NCBI RefSeq assembly: GCF_009914755.1
Contig: NC_060927.1
Length of the DNA: 64,000 nt
Direction: 5' to 3' (one strand)
Source of the DNA: the human T2T-CHM13v2.0 reference genome, Homo sapiens
Below the pieces are notes generated by a model. The model searched no databases. It had not been told where the DNA came from and saw only the letters and a list, made by a program, of their open reading frames with translations. A program made the translations under genes and the position numbers. How positions within the stretch are numbered: position 1 is the first letter of the stretch; the number at the start of each line of letters is the position of its first letter. This document shows, one piece after another, positions 24,840 through 36,964 of this stretch.

Positions 24840-27800
24840 GATGATGTCAGAAGTGAGATCCAAAGTAGAGCTTTTGGTGACCTCCAGGAGCACCAAGTGG
24901 CCAAGCAAGGTTCCCGCCAGGCCCATTGTGTTCATTGTTCTCTGGCAGTGACTGGGGATCCTGGTAAGTTCTCTCCAGGATTCCAAAGCTCCATGGATTT
25001 GTGTTCTGAGCTCTTCAAGTTTCTTTGAGCTAATTTATGATCCAAACTGTGTTTGGAAGGCATGACAGAAACTGAACTGGATTCAGAATTGGATTGGATT
25101 CAATAATTAACTGGCTTGGATCTAGTTAGAGGTTTATAAGAGACCTCTAACTGGGTCAGAAAGAAACCAGTAGTAAAAGGCAATGCTGTAGGAGGTGTAA
25201 ACTTTGGCTTTGGGAAATTGACAGGGATTTTTGTGTTCTACCTCCTTTGTTTCTTTCTTCTTGCATGCTTCGGGAACGAAAAATCACTGGCTAAGTTGAT
25301 CAAGGGGGCCTGAGAGCCAAAGCCAATATTTGAGGTAAAAATGAGATCCTTAATTTCTGAAGAACTCAGTACCTTCTGGTTTATCGATGGGTAAGTATTA
25401 GGCCCTGGAAGCAACAAAGACTTACAGAAATTATGAAATTTTACTAAAGATAAGTTACAGTAGAATGATCCAAACGAACAACTCTGCACTTGAAGAAGTG
25501 CATTTGAAAATGAGGGCTTTCAAATTAGTCTCATCTAGGGATGCCTAGTGATATGCAGAAGTTCTAAAGAGACTTTAATATTTTAAAAGGCTTTTTATAA
25601 AAGGCAAATAAAAAGCTTAAGTGACTGATTGATAAGAAAAATTGAATCTGCTGACCTTTTAGTTTTGTCATCATCCTGCCCTAATAGCAGAAAGAAAGCT
25701 AGCCTAAAGCGTTTATAAAAGGAAAGGCTTCTTTTTCAGATCTCTCCCTGCTGAGTCCAGGCATAAAGGATGCTTTCTCTGCCCTATTCCTTAATGGAGT
25801 CCACTGTGAACCCAGTAATTTTAGCCAAGAAACAGTAGCTAAGTTAAACGGAACACCTATTTAACTAAAATACACCTTTCTGGAATATGATTGGCTAACC
25901 TGAAACCCTTTTGTAAAAGAAATGTACACCTATTAAGGAATCTCCATTTTTAAGGATGTCTGCCTATGTACATTGGAAATTTTACCACTGTTTTAAATTT
26001 ACATAATAAATCGTACTTTTGTCTAAGGTGCTTTTCTGGCCATCTTGTCTTGACTGAACTTTTATGTGAGCACCATTTTTTTTCCTTGATTTGAGCAAAT
26101 GATGACACAACTGGTTTGTAAAACTACTAACCCAAGCAGGACAAAAATTAATTGAATACCAAGAAAATACTTTGCCAGATTTTCATGTTAAATCAGCCAG
26201 TACTAAAATTGTTTGGATATACTATTTGAATAAACTCTATGGTCCAAGTCAAATTCCCTATGATAACCCATCAGTTATCAGTACTATGCACCTAAATAGG
26301 AGAAAAAATGGTATTTAAGAGGACATAAGTCCAGTGTTAAACGTGGACTCATGGAGAACCCAGATAGCCTCCTTGTCCTTCCTGAGTCCTTCAAACTTTC
26401 CATATTAAAAGCTCTGCATTCCATGAATCATCATGGAAGAGATAAAATGATCCAAATTAAATATATCTATATGGTGACTGTTCTAAATTGCTAAAATAGT
26501 TTATGACCAATGTTTAGTTTGTCAAATCCATATTCCTGGGAGGACAATCAAAACTTCAAGTACATTTTCACTACCTGACAGGCCATGTAAACATTTATAG
26601 AGGGATTTCATTTAATTGTCATTTTCAATGCACGTTTTCTGGTTGTATAAAAGCTTTCTCATGCAAGAGGGCTGTTGTTATAACAGCGGCTCATTATGCC
26701 TAAGTATATGTTCACAGGTAAAGAATATTTTTTATAGTCCACTGACTGAAGACAACCAACCCCTTCATAGCCTAGAGCTTGAAAGTTGGATCTTCTGAGA
26801 ACATTAAAGAAAGACTGCCCTTGCCATATATACTGCAACAAAATTTGGTGACCTTGAACCTTGGGTTTGTAATCTCACAACTCAGAAAGGTCTCTCCACA
26901 CTCTTGGAACTGTACACCCATTGGAAACCTTACGGTAAAGCTAACCAGGGATGTTTCTCCCCATAAGAAGACAGCATCCTTGACATGGACAGCTTTGTCC
27001 CACGATCAGGGATCAAGATTTCTCTGCTATCATGAGACTCTTATCTATCTATTTTTTCCTTCCTTATGCTTCTGTAAACAATAGAAGTGGAAAGGAGGTC
27101 TATTGTGTGCATTCATGGGGTATACTTTTATTTGCAAGGGATTTTGTGCCAGCTTTGTACATCAACAGCCTATGCCTCGATAGATGGATGACGAAGGCCC
27201 AACATAGGTGACAAATTTTAATGATACATTTGTTACCTCATAGTCAGAAACAGAACATTTGTCTACTCCTCTTAACCTACATCATGGGTTAAAGAGAACA
27301 TTGCCAGGAAGTCTTCATTCTTCTAGATGGGTAACATTTGTTAGGTGCCTTTTTCCATGGTTTGAAGTAAATTAGGAAATTGTTAGAAATGTATCCCTCA
27401 TGATAGGCTCTATAGCAGATTCTACTGTAAAGGCTATGGTTACACAGCAGACTTTAAATTCTCTTGTGAAAATTATGCTAAGTAATAAAACTGCTCTAGA
27501 TTTCTTACCGGCCAAACAGAGAAGTATCTTTGTAGTTGCTGGCACTTCTTGTTGCCCGTGGAGGAATAAATCAGATATTATAGAGAGTCAGTTGTAGGGG
27601 ATTAATGAACAGGCTGCTTGGTTAAAGCAAGCAGACTTTTTGTATAGCTCATTATTTGCTCTATTTGATTTTAGTTGGTTAGGTTCATGGGGACCCTGGC
27701 TAAGGAGCATACTCCAAACTCTTGGTGTTATCCTTCTGATGATCATAATAGTAGCCTCCCTGATGTGCTATATTCTTTCAAAAGTTTTAAATGTTTGCAT

Positions 27801-28370
27801 GCAGCCATCTCTAGAATGTCAAATGGTCTCTCTTCAACTAGAATGACAAGAACTGAAAGAAATGTGTGACCATGAAGGCACTGTAACCTATGACATGCTA
27901 AGGCCAGAAGCCCCAAATCATGGTAACTGAGAGTGGTGCTAAGGTCCTAAGTTTTAATCATACTCTTACCTAAGTTAGAACCTGACCAAAAGGGAGTAAT
28001 TTTTAATCAACATTATGAGAGACCATTGTTTTGGACTGAGCTCATGCACTAGACCCCAACAGACCAGACCAAACCAAAATGGAGACACTCATGCTAAATG
28101 TGATGGAATCAAACTAAGACTTTAAGGAAACAGATAGACCCTAGAACAGACCAGTTTTTGTCCCCCACCCCCCACTACCCTCCGCAAACAGGAGATTGCA
28201 GCATAAGAACATACCCTCTACTCTAACCTTTAAAAAATATAACCTGAGGTCCTTGTTCCCACCTCACAAAACCCACTGTTCTGCTACTTACCAGTGGGTA
28301 TTGACACCAAGTAAGTACATTTATGATAGTGATAGTGACATCAATGAATAAAGTTTGAATAAAATCTCTT
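24840..28370 (+). mobile_element. MER57 internal region (MER4-group ERV1); no matching 3' LTR
   Basis: Leu(CAA)-type PBS TGATGTCAGAAGTGAGAT at 24842-24859 (16/18); leader donor CTG|GTAAGT; env relic; no second MER57 LTR. Confidence 0.8.
27280..27846 (+). pseudogene. env: Gamma-type env TM subunit relic
   Basis: Degenerate cleavage site GLKR; ISD-like LSNKTALDFLPAKQRSI; FVVAGTSCC (CX6CC with first C to F); WLGSWGPW and hydrophobic TM; ORFs 27400-27597 and 27640-27846 share a frame split by one TAG. Confidence 0.82.
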
Positions 28371-29143
28371 TTCTCTAAGTCACAGGTCGGGCCGCAGCAC
28401 TCCCAACTCCTTAATTGTACATGGGCATAATGACACCAGATAAGAGAAAAACAATGATAAAAACCTCTCTAAGGTGCTCTGAAGGCCTAAGGGCCAATGC
28501 TTGGGGGCCTTCTCTAGTCTAAAGATGGTATGCCAGAAGCCTGCAGTGTGGAGGGGCCCACCAAGAGCCCCATGTGGCCCACCAGCTCCCACTGTCCAGT
28601 GGCCACATCCTATAGTGGCTAGGTGTGGCTGCCACTGTGCCCCAGCTCCTGCTCTCTGTTCACCACTGCCTCTGCTGCTCCTGGGTCCCTGACGCTGCAG
28701 CCAGGCGTCCATCGTCTTTGCCTGATGGGGGCCATAGTTTGTAACGCTTATGCTTTGCTATGTGTGTGGCCTTCCTGACCCCAGTGTTCAACTTCGCAAC
28801 TGTTGGGTGAGTGGCTTTGGTAAACAGCCAGGATGGTAGTGACTAAAGACAGCAGTGCCACGGGTAGGGGGAGGGACCAATGAGCTCACCAGGGAGATGG
28901 AGGAGGCCTGGGGCCAGAGGAGAAGGGAACAGGGAACGGGATCCAGGAAACAGAGCATCTGGATACCTTCAAAGGCTCTGGCTGAGGAGGTAAAGTCCTG
29001 TCTCCCTGCTGGTGGGGAACTGGCTGATGGGGAGGGGGAGTTTTTGGGGGTAGGCAGTGCATCTCTGTGGAGTTGCCTTCCTGGCATCTCCCACCTTTTC
29101 AGCCTCCTACTGCAGCCTCGCTGCCTGTCTACAGATGGGGACA

Positions 29144-29452
29144 TGTCTCAGTCTGTTGAGACTACTGTAACAAAATGCTGTAGACTGGATGGCTTATAAA
29201 AAACAGACATTGATTCCTCACAGTGCTGGAGGCTGGAAGTCCAAGATCAGGGTGCCCGCACAGTAGGGCTCTGAAGAGGCCGAGTTTGCAGACAGTGCCC
29301 TCTCACTGTGTCCTCACATGGTGAATCCCACTCCAAAGGCTCTGCCCTCATGACCTGACACTTCCCAAAGCCCCCTCCTCACACCATCATGCTGGAGGTA
29401 AGGATTTCAACGTATGAGTTTTGGGGGGACACAAAGAGTTCAGTCTGTAACA
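29144..29452 (-). mobile_element. MLT1A0-like MaLR solo LTR
   Basis: GGAGGCTGGAAGTCCAAGATCAGGGTG...GGATTTCAACGTATGAG...CAGTCTGTAACA. Confidence 0.8.
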
Positions 29453-30216
29453 GGAGGCAGAAGAGCAAGAACTCTCAGGGCCTGAGCTGCCACGTGGTCC
29501 ATGGGAAGCTAGACTTCAACTAACTCATGGACTGTGGACGTGTCACTCTGCCTCTCCCCTAGCATCAGAGGTGGTGGAGAAAACTCATGACAGTGAGTGA
29601 GCGCCACACCATGTGGTGTGTGCACGCTGGGTTCTCGGAGTGGCACTAGCCCTTTACCAGCCCTTTACGACATGGCCTGCAACACCCTTTGGAGCCGGCG
29701 TCTTTGCCCCATTTGAGATGCAAAGACTGAAGTGCAGACCAGGGCTGAGTGCTGGGCGTGGGGCTCCCTCTTCATGGTCACGGGTGACAAACGACTTTGG
29801 AACCCGCATCTGACACAAACCTGTACACTGGACTCCCACACTGAGCTGACGGCCCACAAGCCATAGAGAGAACCCTTCTCTCCCAATGGGGCCTTATCAT
29901 GAAAATCACATCAGAATCCATACTTAGTCTAACAGCTCCAAACTGCAGCAGGTCACAGGGCAAAATCACTACCATCCTTCACAGGGTACCACACGGAACA
30001 GTACAGTGTGAGTTACTGGAGCCACTTCTATGTGCTGTATACACACTCACAACATATGCTATGTGTGCACACAAGCATGAACACACACTGGTTCATATGT
30101 AAGGCTTGCATATTGTTCTACAAGTAGCTCTTTTTTCCCCTTCATATATCACGAAACTATTTTCACAGTAGCACATAGATATGTACCTCATTCCTTTTCA
30201 TGACTGGGTAGCATTT

Positions 30217-31140
30217 GTATTCACTAGCTTCTGCTGTATAACAAACCATCTGTGTTAGGGTCTCCAGAGAAACAGAACTATAGGGGTATGTGTGTGTGGA
30301 GAGAGAGAGAGTGTGTGTGTATGTGTGGATATGTGTGTGTATAGATCGATAGACATGTACCTACATAAAGTTAAAGAAATTGGCTCATGTCATTGTGAGA
30401 GCCGGCAAATGTGAAATCTGCAGGGCAGAGTGGCAGGCAGGGGCCCATAGAAGAGGTGATGTTGCAGCTCAAGTCTAGGGGCAGTCTGCAGGCAGAGTTC
30501 CTTGCTTTTCAGGGGACCTCAGTCTTTTCTCTTGAGACCTTCAACTGATTGGATGAGGCCCACCCACATTTTGAAGGGTCATCTGGTTTACTTAAAGTCT
30601 ACTGATTTAAATGTTAATCTCATCTAAAAAATATCCTCACAGCAACAGCTAGACTGACTTTAACCCAAAATTGGCTACCACAGTCTAGCCAGGTTGACAC
30701 ATAAAATTAACCATCACACCGCCCAAAAACATAGCAACTAAAAACAACGATTTATTATTGCTTATGAATCTGTAGGGTGCCAGCAGGGGCAGGCCTTCTG
30801 CTGGTCCATCCAGGAGTCACTCGCATGGCTACTGTCACCTGTCTGCTCAATAGGGCTAGTGGGGCTGGGATGGCCTCTCTGGCGTGTCTGGCAGTTGGTG
30901 CTGGCGGTCGACTGGGGCACCTTAGTTTCTCTCCACATGACCCCTGCCCTCTGAAGGCTGGACTGGTCTTTCCTATAGCACGGTGGGCTCAGGGCTCTCA
31001 AAGGGTGAAGGGCCCCTCCAGGCCCGAGCCCTGGACTTGCACAAGGCCACTCTGGCACATTCTGTGTGTCCCAGGCCAGCACCTGTTGGAGGGTGGGAAC
31101 CACATCCCCAGCCTCCTCAGCAGGACAGCAAAGTCACTTT
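30217..31140 (-). mobile_element. Old MLT1 (H/J-like) LTR interrupted by MLT2
   Basis: TGCTGTATAACAAACCA...CCCAAAA...ATTTATTATTGCTTATGAATCTG MLT1 terminus, split by an insertion. Confidence 0.6.
30251..30718 (-). mobile_element. MLT2B-type ERVL solo LTR with internal (GT)/(GA) microsatellite
   Basis: TGTGTTAGGGTCTCCAGAGAAACAGAAC...TTGACACATAAAATTAACCATCACA. Confidence 0.88.
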
Positions 31141-32004
31141 GCAGAGGGTGTGGCCACAGTGGGTGTGACTCATCTATCCTCATGTGCGCCATCAGCCAGC
31201 TCCCCTCCCTCAGTTCACTTTCCATTTTTTGCTCTAAGAAAAAATACTTGCTCCTGGTGGGGCCTGTGTGGTGGCCTCAGGCAAGCCCTTCTGCAGGACA
31301 GATTCACAGAAGTACAACTGCTCAGATGCTCAGAGGCCAGGCAGCTGCACTTCCTGTGATGGGTGCTGCTGACACTTCCCCCACCCCCAGTCTGTGTGCC
31401 CCTCCCACTTGCACCTTGGTGTGAAAGGCCCCAGGTCCTCCTCTCCTCTGCCCTCAACAACCCATGGGCTTTTCTGTGTTTGCCAGTCTGGTGAGTAGCA
31501 AGTGACACAATAATATAATTTATGGTTTTAGTTCCTTGGTACTGGGGAAGTTGAGGGTAGTTTCATCTGTTCATATTGCTTCAATAACCAGAAAAATGTA
31601 CAAAGATATCTACATTTTGAAATTAAAAGGTATCAAAAAGAAACAGGCTTTGAGAATCCCTGTGCCTCCACACTCCACACAGGGGGAAATTCAGCCATTT
31701 GTGCATCCTTTACTTGGGTTGGAGAAGGTTTTTCTTTTGTTCTTAATCTCAGAATTCCAGATGTCAGACCTGGAAGAGCATAAAGACCTCCTCGCTGAAA
31801 GCCCCACTTTATGCATGAAGAAGTGGGGCCCCCGGGAGGGCGCGGCCTGGCTGGTCTCACAGTGGCAGGTCCCAGCATCATCTGCTGAGGGGAAAGGGCT
31901 CTTCTCCAAGACTGGACAAAGCTTGCAGCCCCCAAGCACCCCAGGGACTGGTGTCTCCTGGTGCCTATCTAATGGCCTTCAGGTCCTGCACGGGCCCCAC
32001 AGCC

Positions 32005-32023
32005 TGACCAGCGGGGGGCAGTG
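32005..32023 (+). promoter_or_regulatory. CTCF-like motif
   Basis: TGACCAGCGGGGGGCAGTG; core differs at one position from CCAGCAGGGGGCAGT. Confidence 0.45.
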
Positions 32024-32407
32024 GAGGGCTGCTGATGGCCCCAATCCCGGTCTTCTGGAAACTCTTGCAGATGGGGTCGGGGGATACGGCCGTGCCCCCA
32101 TGGCTCAGGTTCTAAGACGGGGCACAGACAACCCAAAACCACTAGAAACGCCTTAATAACTTGCCACACAGAGAGCGATGGGCCTCGCAAAGTCAACGCT
32201 GTTGGGTTTTCCTCCACCCTTGGATCGGATCGCTGTTTATGTAGCTCAGCGGAGAATTTCAGGACCTTGTTGCGTGAGCCATACCTATTTTTACACACTA
32301 GCGTCAGCCTCAGGGTGACAGTGGAGATCCAGGACGGAGACCTACTGTGGGGCAGGAGGTGCCAGGTTTCCATCCGTTGTGGCAGAGCACCTAGCATGAG
32401 TGCCACA

Positions 32408-33370
32408 TCTCCCTCCTCCCTCCTCCCTCCTCCCCTCCTCCTTTTCCCCTCTTCCTCCCTCCTCCATTCTTCCCCTCTCTCCACCTCTTCCTCTCCCTCC
32501 CCCTTCCCTCTCCACATCTCCTTCCTCTTCCTCTCCTACCTCCCTCCTCCCTCCTCTATTCTTCCCCTTCCTCCCTTCTCTTCCCCCTCCCTCCCCCTCT
32601 TCCCTCTCTACATCTTCCTCTTCCCCCTCTGTTCTTCTTCCTCCTCTTCCCCATCCTCCCTCTAGCCCCTTCCCTCTCCACATCTTTTTCTTCCTCCTCC
32701 CCATCCCTCCTCGCTTCTTTCTCTTCACCTCTTCCCCCTCCCCCTCTTCCTTCTCCCCTCCTCCCTGTCCTCCTTTCCCTCCTCCTAACCCTAATCCAAG
32801 ACTAACCTTAACCCAAACCCTCCTTGTCCTCCTCTCCCTCCTCCTAACCCTAATCCAAGCCTAACCTTAACCCAAACCCTCCTTGTCCTCCTCTCCCTCC
32901 TCCCTTCCCTCTTCCCTCTCCTCCTCCCCCCATCTTCTTCCCCTCCTCCTCCTTCCCCTCCTCCTGCCTAACCTCCTCCCTCCTGTAATCTTCCCCTTCC
33001 TCTCTCCTCTTCCTCCCCTTCTTCTCCCCCTCTCCCTCCCCCTCTTTCCTCTCCACATCTCCTCCTCCCCTACCCCTCTCTTTCTTCCTGCCTCCCCTTC
33101 CTCTATCCCCCCTTCCTTCTTCTTCCCTTCCTCCCTGTTCTCCTCCCACTCCTTCTCCCGTTTCCCCCTTCTTCTCCCCCCTCCTCCCCACCCTTCTTTC
33201 CTCTCTTCATCTTCCTTCTCCTCTCCTTCCTTCCCTCTTCTTTCTCCCCATCTCTTCCCCCTTCCCCTCTTCCTCCCCCTACTTCCCCTTCTTTCTTCTC
33301 CCCCTCCTCTCCTCTCCCTTCTCCCCCTCCTCCCTCCCTCCTCTTCCTTCTCCCCCTCCTCCTCCTTTTC
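32408..33370. repeat. ~950-bp C/T-rich low-complexity tract
   Basis: Almost purely pyrimidine plus strand; recurring CCCTCTCCACATCT motif; contains a 59-bp tandem unit. Confidence 0.95.
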
Positions 33371-34350
33371 ACTGGTCTCTCCTGGGCTCTCAGGGTGTGA
33401 GTTTTATGTCTTCCTTTTCCTCTGAATCTTAGACTGTCTGTGTGTATAACTGATTGTGACCCAGTTCAATGTGTGGCTGATGCAAAGCCCCTGTGTGTGC
33501 GCCCTCCCTGGTGGCCCTTTCATCTCATTGCACAATGCAGAGTGGAGTTGCATCATCTCAGTGGCCCGGCCAACACAAAACTCAGCACACCCCAGGGCTT
33601 TCTGCTGCCTCTTGAGTAACTGTTCTCTGGCGGGCAAGGTGGGGCTGGGGGGTCTGAGACCCTCCTGCCAAGAGCAAGGCCCAAGCTGTCAGAGCTTTCT
33701 TTCCAGCCACTAGCATGTGGCCACCGCCACTTCCTCTCGTGCCCCCCTCACTCCCGCCAAGCCCAGCTTGGGCCACCCTGTCTCAGAGCCAGGGGCTCCC
33801 AGGCAAGGCCCCAGCAGAAAAGGCCCATGAAGATCGGCTCTCCATAGCTTCTCTAGGATGAGCCCTCTGGACCCCCAAGCTGAATGCCCCCAAATCCAGG
33901 CCTGTGCTCAAAATATAAGGCAAAATAAAATAAAATAAGCTAGAAGATGTTCACATTTCAAACTTAGATTTGTTTCCACAAACCAAAGACCTATATGCAG
34001 TGAGGATGAGTTTTAGCCCACAAAGGTGCGCATGTCATTTTAATGCAATTTGTTGCTCAAATTAATCTGTCTCCGTTTTCTATTTTAATTTAACCAAAAT
34101 CCCAGTCAGTTCAGGGACCTCCACCCCTTTTCCTGAGCCCGTGTCCCAGCTGGCTTATCTACTGCCGAGGCGTGTCCTTGCCCTAGCATCTGCTGACAAT
34201 ATTGTCATTCCCTTCAGCTGTCGTTGTAGATGGAGTCTGCTTTTCCTTTCTACCCAGCATCACCTGATGAGTCCAGCCCTCTCCAAGCTAACATTGCACT
34301 CTCTCTCTTGTGTTTGAGAAACACTTTGCTGTTGGTTCACTTCTCCTCCC

Positions 34351-34801
34351 TGTGGGAAACAGAATACAGCCCCTCAGCAATGTCCATGTCTTGATCTCCC
34401 TAACCTGGGAATATGTCACCTTACATGGCAAAGGGAGATAAAATTTGCAGGCGGCATTAAGGTTGCCAAGCAACTGACTTTAAGGTAGGCAGATCATTCT
34501 GGATGACCCGGGTGGACACAAGGTCCTTAAATATGAAAAAGCAGGGCAGGCGAGCCAGTGGAAATGAGGTGATGTGGAGGAAGGGGCCAGAAGCCAAGGA
34601 GTACAGGCAGCCTCTAGAAGGGAAAAAGGGAAGGAAACAGAGCTTCCAGGGGGGAATGCAGCCCTGTCAACAACTTGATTTCAGCCCAGTGAGACCCACC
34701 GCAGACCTCTGACCTCCAGAATCATTAGAGAGTGGGTGTGTGTTGTTTGGAGCCACTAAGTTTGTGGCTATTTGTTACTGCAGCAGCAGGAAACTAATGC
34801 A
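34351..34801 (+). mobile_element. MLT1D solo LTR
   Basis: TGTGG...CCTTACATGGCAAAGG...GGAAACTAATGCA; perfect TSD CTCCC / CTCCC. Confidence 0.9.
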
Positions 34802-34870
34802 CTCCCCATTTTACAGATGAGTAGACTGAGGCTCAGAGAGGACAGCGAAGTTGTCTAAAGTCACAGAGGA
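34802..34870 (-). mobile_element. MIR core fragment
   Basis: CCCCATTTTACAGATGAGTAGACTGAGGCTCAGAGAGG. Confidence 0.8.
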
Positions 34871-36844
34871 GATAGATGACAGAGTTTCCTTCAAGGTGTG
34901 GCCAGGGCAGCATGCAGTGCACAGGTCGGCTGCACACACTAGGCCTGGGATTTAGCCTCATCTGCAGACCACACAGAGGGCTTACCATCAGCATCTCAAG
35001 GTTTAACCATAGGTCAACCAAAATTGAAAAGGCAGCACCCTTTCAGATCTCCCCCACCCATTGCACTGAATAACCAAGTGGATAAAGCATCTAGAAATGA
35101 TGTAAGCCTAAATGCATATTTTGCAGGGGAAGGGAATTGGGTGTGTATTGAACACTTCACCTTCGTTTCAGATCCCCGTAAGCATTTCCTAACTCCCTTG
35201 GTACCATCGAATGTTTCCTACTCCCTCCAGGCAGTACTAGCCCCCTTTGTCTCTCCTCCTCCTTCTCTTCCTCCTCCTCTTCCTCCTCTTCTTCCTCAGG
35301 AGGAGGAACTTCCCTCTATTATGCAGAGCAATTCAGTTCCACTCTGGTCTCTGCTTTAACAATCATTCCCGCATCTATCATGGCTCCCATAAGTGCACAA
35401 TGCTTGCATTAAGAGGATTGCCCTCCTTGGAAGGGCCTTATCAACCAACTTCCATGACTTGGGCAAGCCCTAGAGATGCCCCAGCCCCAGAGGTGTTATT
35501 TCTTCCAAATAAATACAGTGTTGTCCCAAGAGGAATTCTGGTATGTCCCCTTTTTTCCATCTGTGCATAGGTAGAGTGAGTTGGCTTGAGTCCTGCCACG
35601 CTCATGCCCCTCCTGGCCCCTTGCTTTCAGGTCAACACAAACTAGAATCCACCCAAAATGTCTGTGCCCAATTCTGGGCTCACACCATCTACACAGCATC
35701 TGTGTAGAAGAGACAAGATTGTGGCACTAGGGCCACCTCATGAAATTAGGGGAGGGAAAGAGACTTACAGAGTACTGAAGATGTGGGGACATGCCACACC
35801 TAACAGGCAGCTCCTTCTTATAAGTGGGCCCTGTCACCCCAGGATGTGAGGATCCAGACCCTGGGTACTGGGAGAAAGAGGCAGACCTTCCTGGAAAGCA
35901 GAATCCCAGGTTGGGTCTCTATCCATGGAGAAGCTTGGAAGGGATGAGGCTAGAGGCCCTAAGACGCTCACGGCAGGGAGTGACCTCTCATCTTCAAGTG
36001 CATCATCCTAGCCCCAGTGCTGGGCACAGAAGTGGTGCCAGGGCCCTGGGGTGGCTCCCTACCTGTGTTGCCTCCAAGGAGGAGAAATGAAAGAAGGCCG
36101 GCCCGGCAATGTCCATGGAGACATGGCTCTTGCTTGGGGCATCTTGTTCTGGTTAACTCCGGCCCCTTCCGTCAATCCATTATTTGACGTTGGCCAGCCA
36201 GGTGCATCTTCTGGTCCTGGATGACTTCATCCTTGCAATGGAGGTGATGGCACTGCATTCGCAAGATGAGATGGCGTTTGGAGATGGACTTTGTAGACTG
36301 GAGCTTGCCATGCAGGGGTAGATTGGGGAGCAGAAGGGAGGAGGAGAGGCAGCTGGGGAAGCGGTAGGATGTTGGTTTGCACTTGTCTGGGTTCCACAAG
36401 GCCTGGGTTAATGTTCTGCCACCATGCAAGGATGCTCTGTCTTCTCTCAAGCATGTTCCCAGGACACCCGCTCTCTGGGAGACAGCAGCTTTAGCTTGTC
36501 TTTGCTCCTGCATCTGGGTACCTCTGACCCTGACACCCCTAGCCCACTTTCCCTGGTGCCCAACTGACATAGATGCCCCTCAGCGAGGCAGAGGAGGCCA
36601 CTGTGGGTGGTGTGGCCAGGGGCTCCTCCAGCAGCCTAGTCTGTCGCACAGCAGACCTGTGGTGATTCCAAGGTCTGCCTATACTCTGTTCTTATCATCA
36701 AAAGAACAAGGCATGGTAAACAGAGAAATGGAAGTGCAGACACTGGTGACAAGATACAGAGCTGCCCTAAACCCACCCCACCTGAATGAGACCAACATTC
36801 CTTGGGGGCTGTAGGAAGTGTCTGGGCTCACTCACTGGGGCACC

Positions 36845-36964
36845 GGCTGCATGTGCACCCCAGTGTGTGTGAGCACCCTGTTGTGTATGCCGGTGAGCAC
36901 ATCCCCAGGGCTGAAGTGTGAGCGTGGCCCCGATGTGTCCCAGTGGCACCGCTTGGCTCTCTCG
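36845..36964 (+). repeat. Local duplicate of the CpG-island edge (partner 39518-39655)
   Basis: Hand alignment: ~15 substitutions in 120 bp plus an 18-bp indel. Confidence 0.92.

Noticed and set aside
19454-24859. tRNA-like 18-mers
   Set aside because: They are retroviral primer-binding sites next to LTR ends, not tRNA genes.
30777-32156. Longest ORFs in the window (215 aa and 206 aa)
   Set aside because: Both start at non-ATG codons, the first overlaps an MLT1 LTR, and neither shows a recognisable domain; consistent with chance in GC-rich DNA.
31969-33425. Pro/Ser/Leu-rich and Gly/Glu/Arg-rich ORFs
   Set aside because: Artefacts of the stop-poor polypyrimidine tract; the same applies to 47033-47487.
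36172-36570. 132-aa minus-strand ORF or possible exon
   Set aside because: No recognisable homology; part of it resembles a highly decayed MIR.
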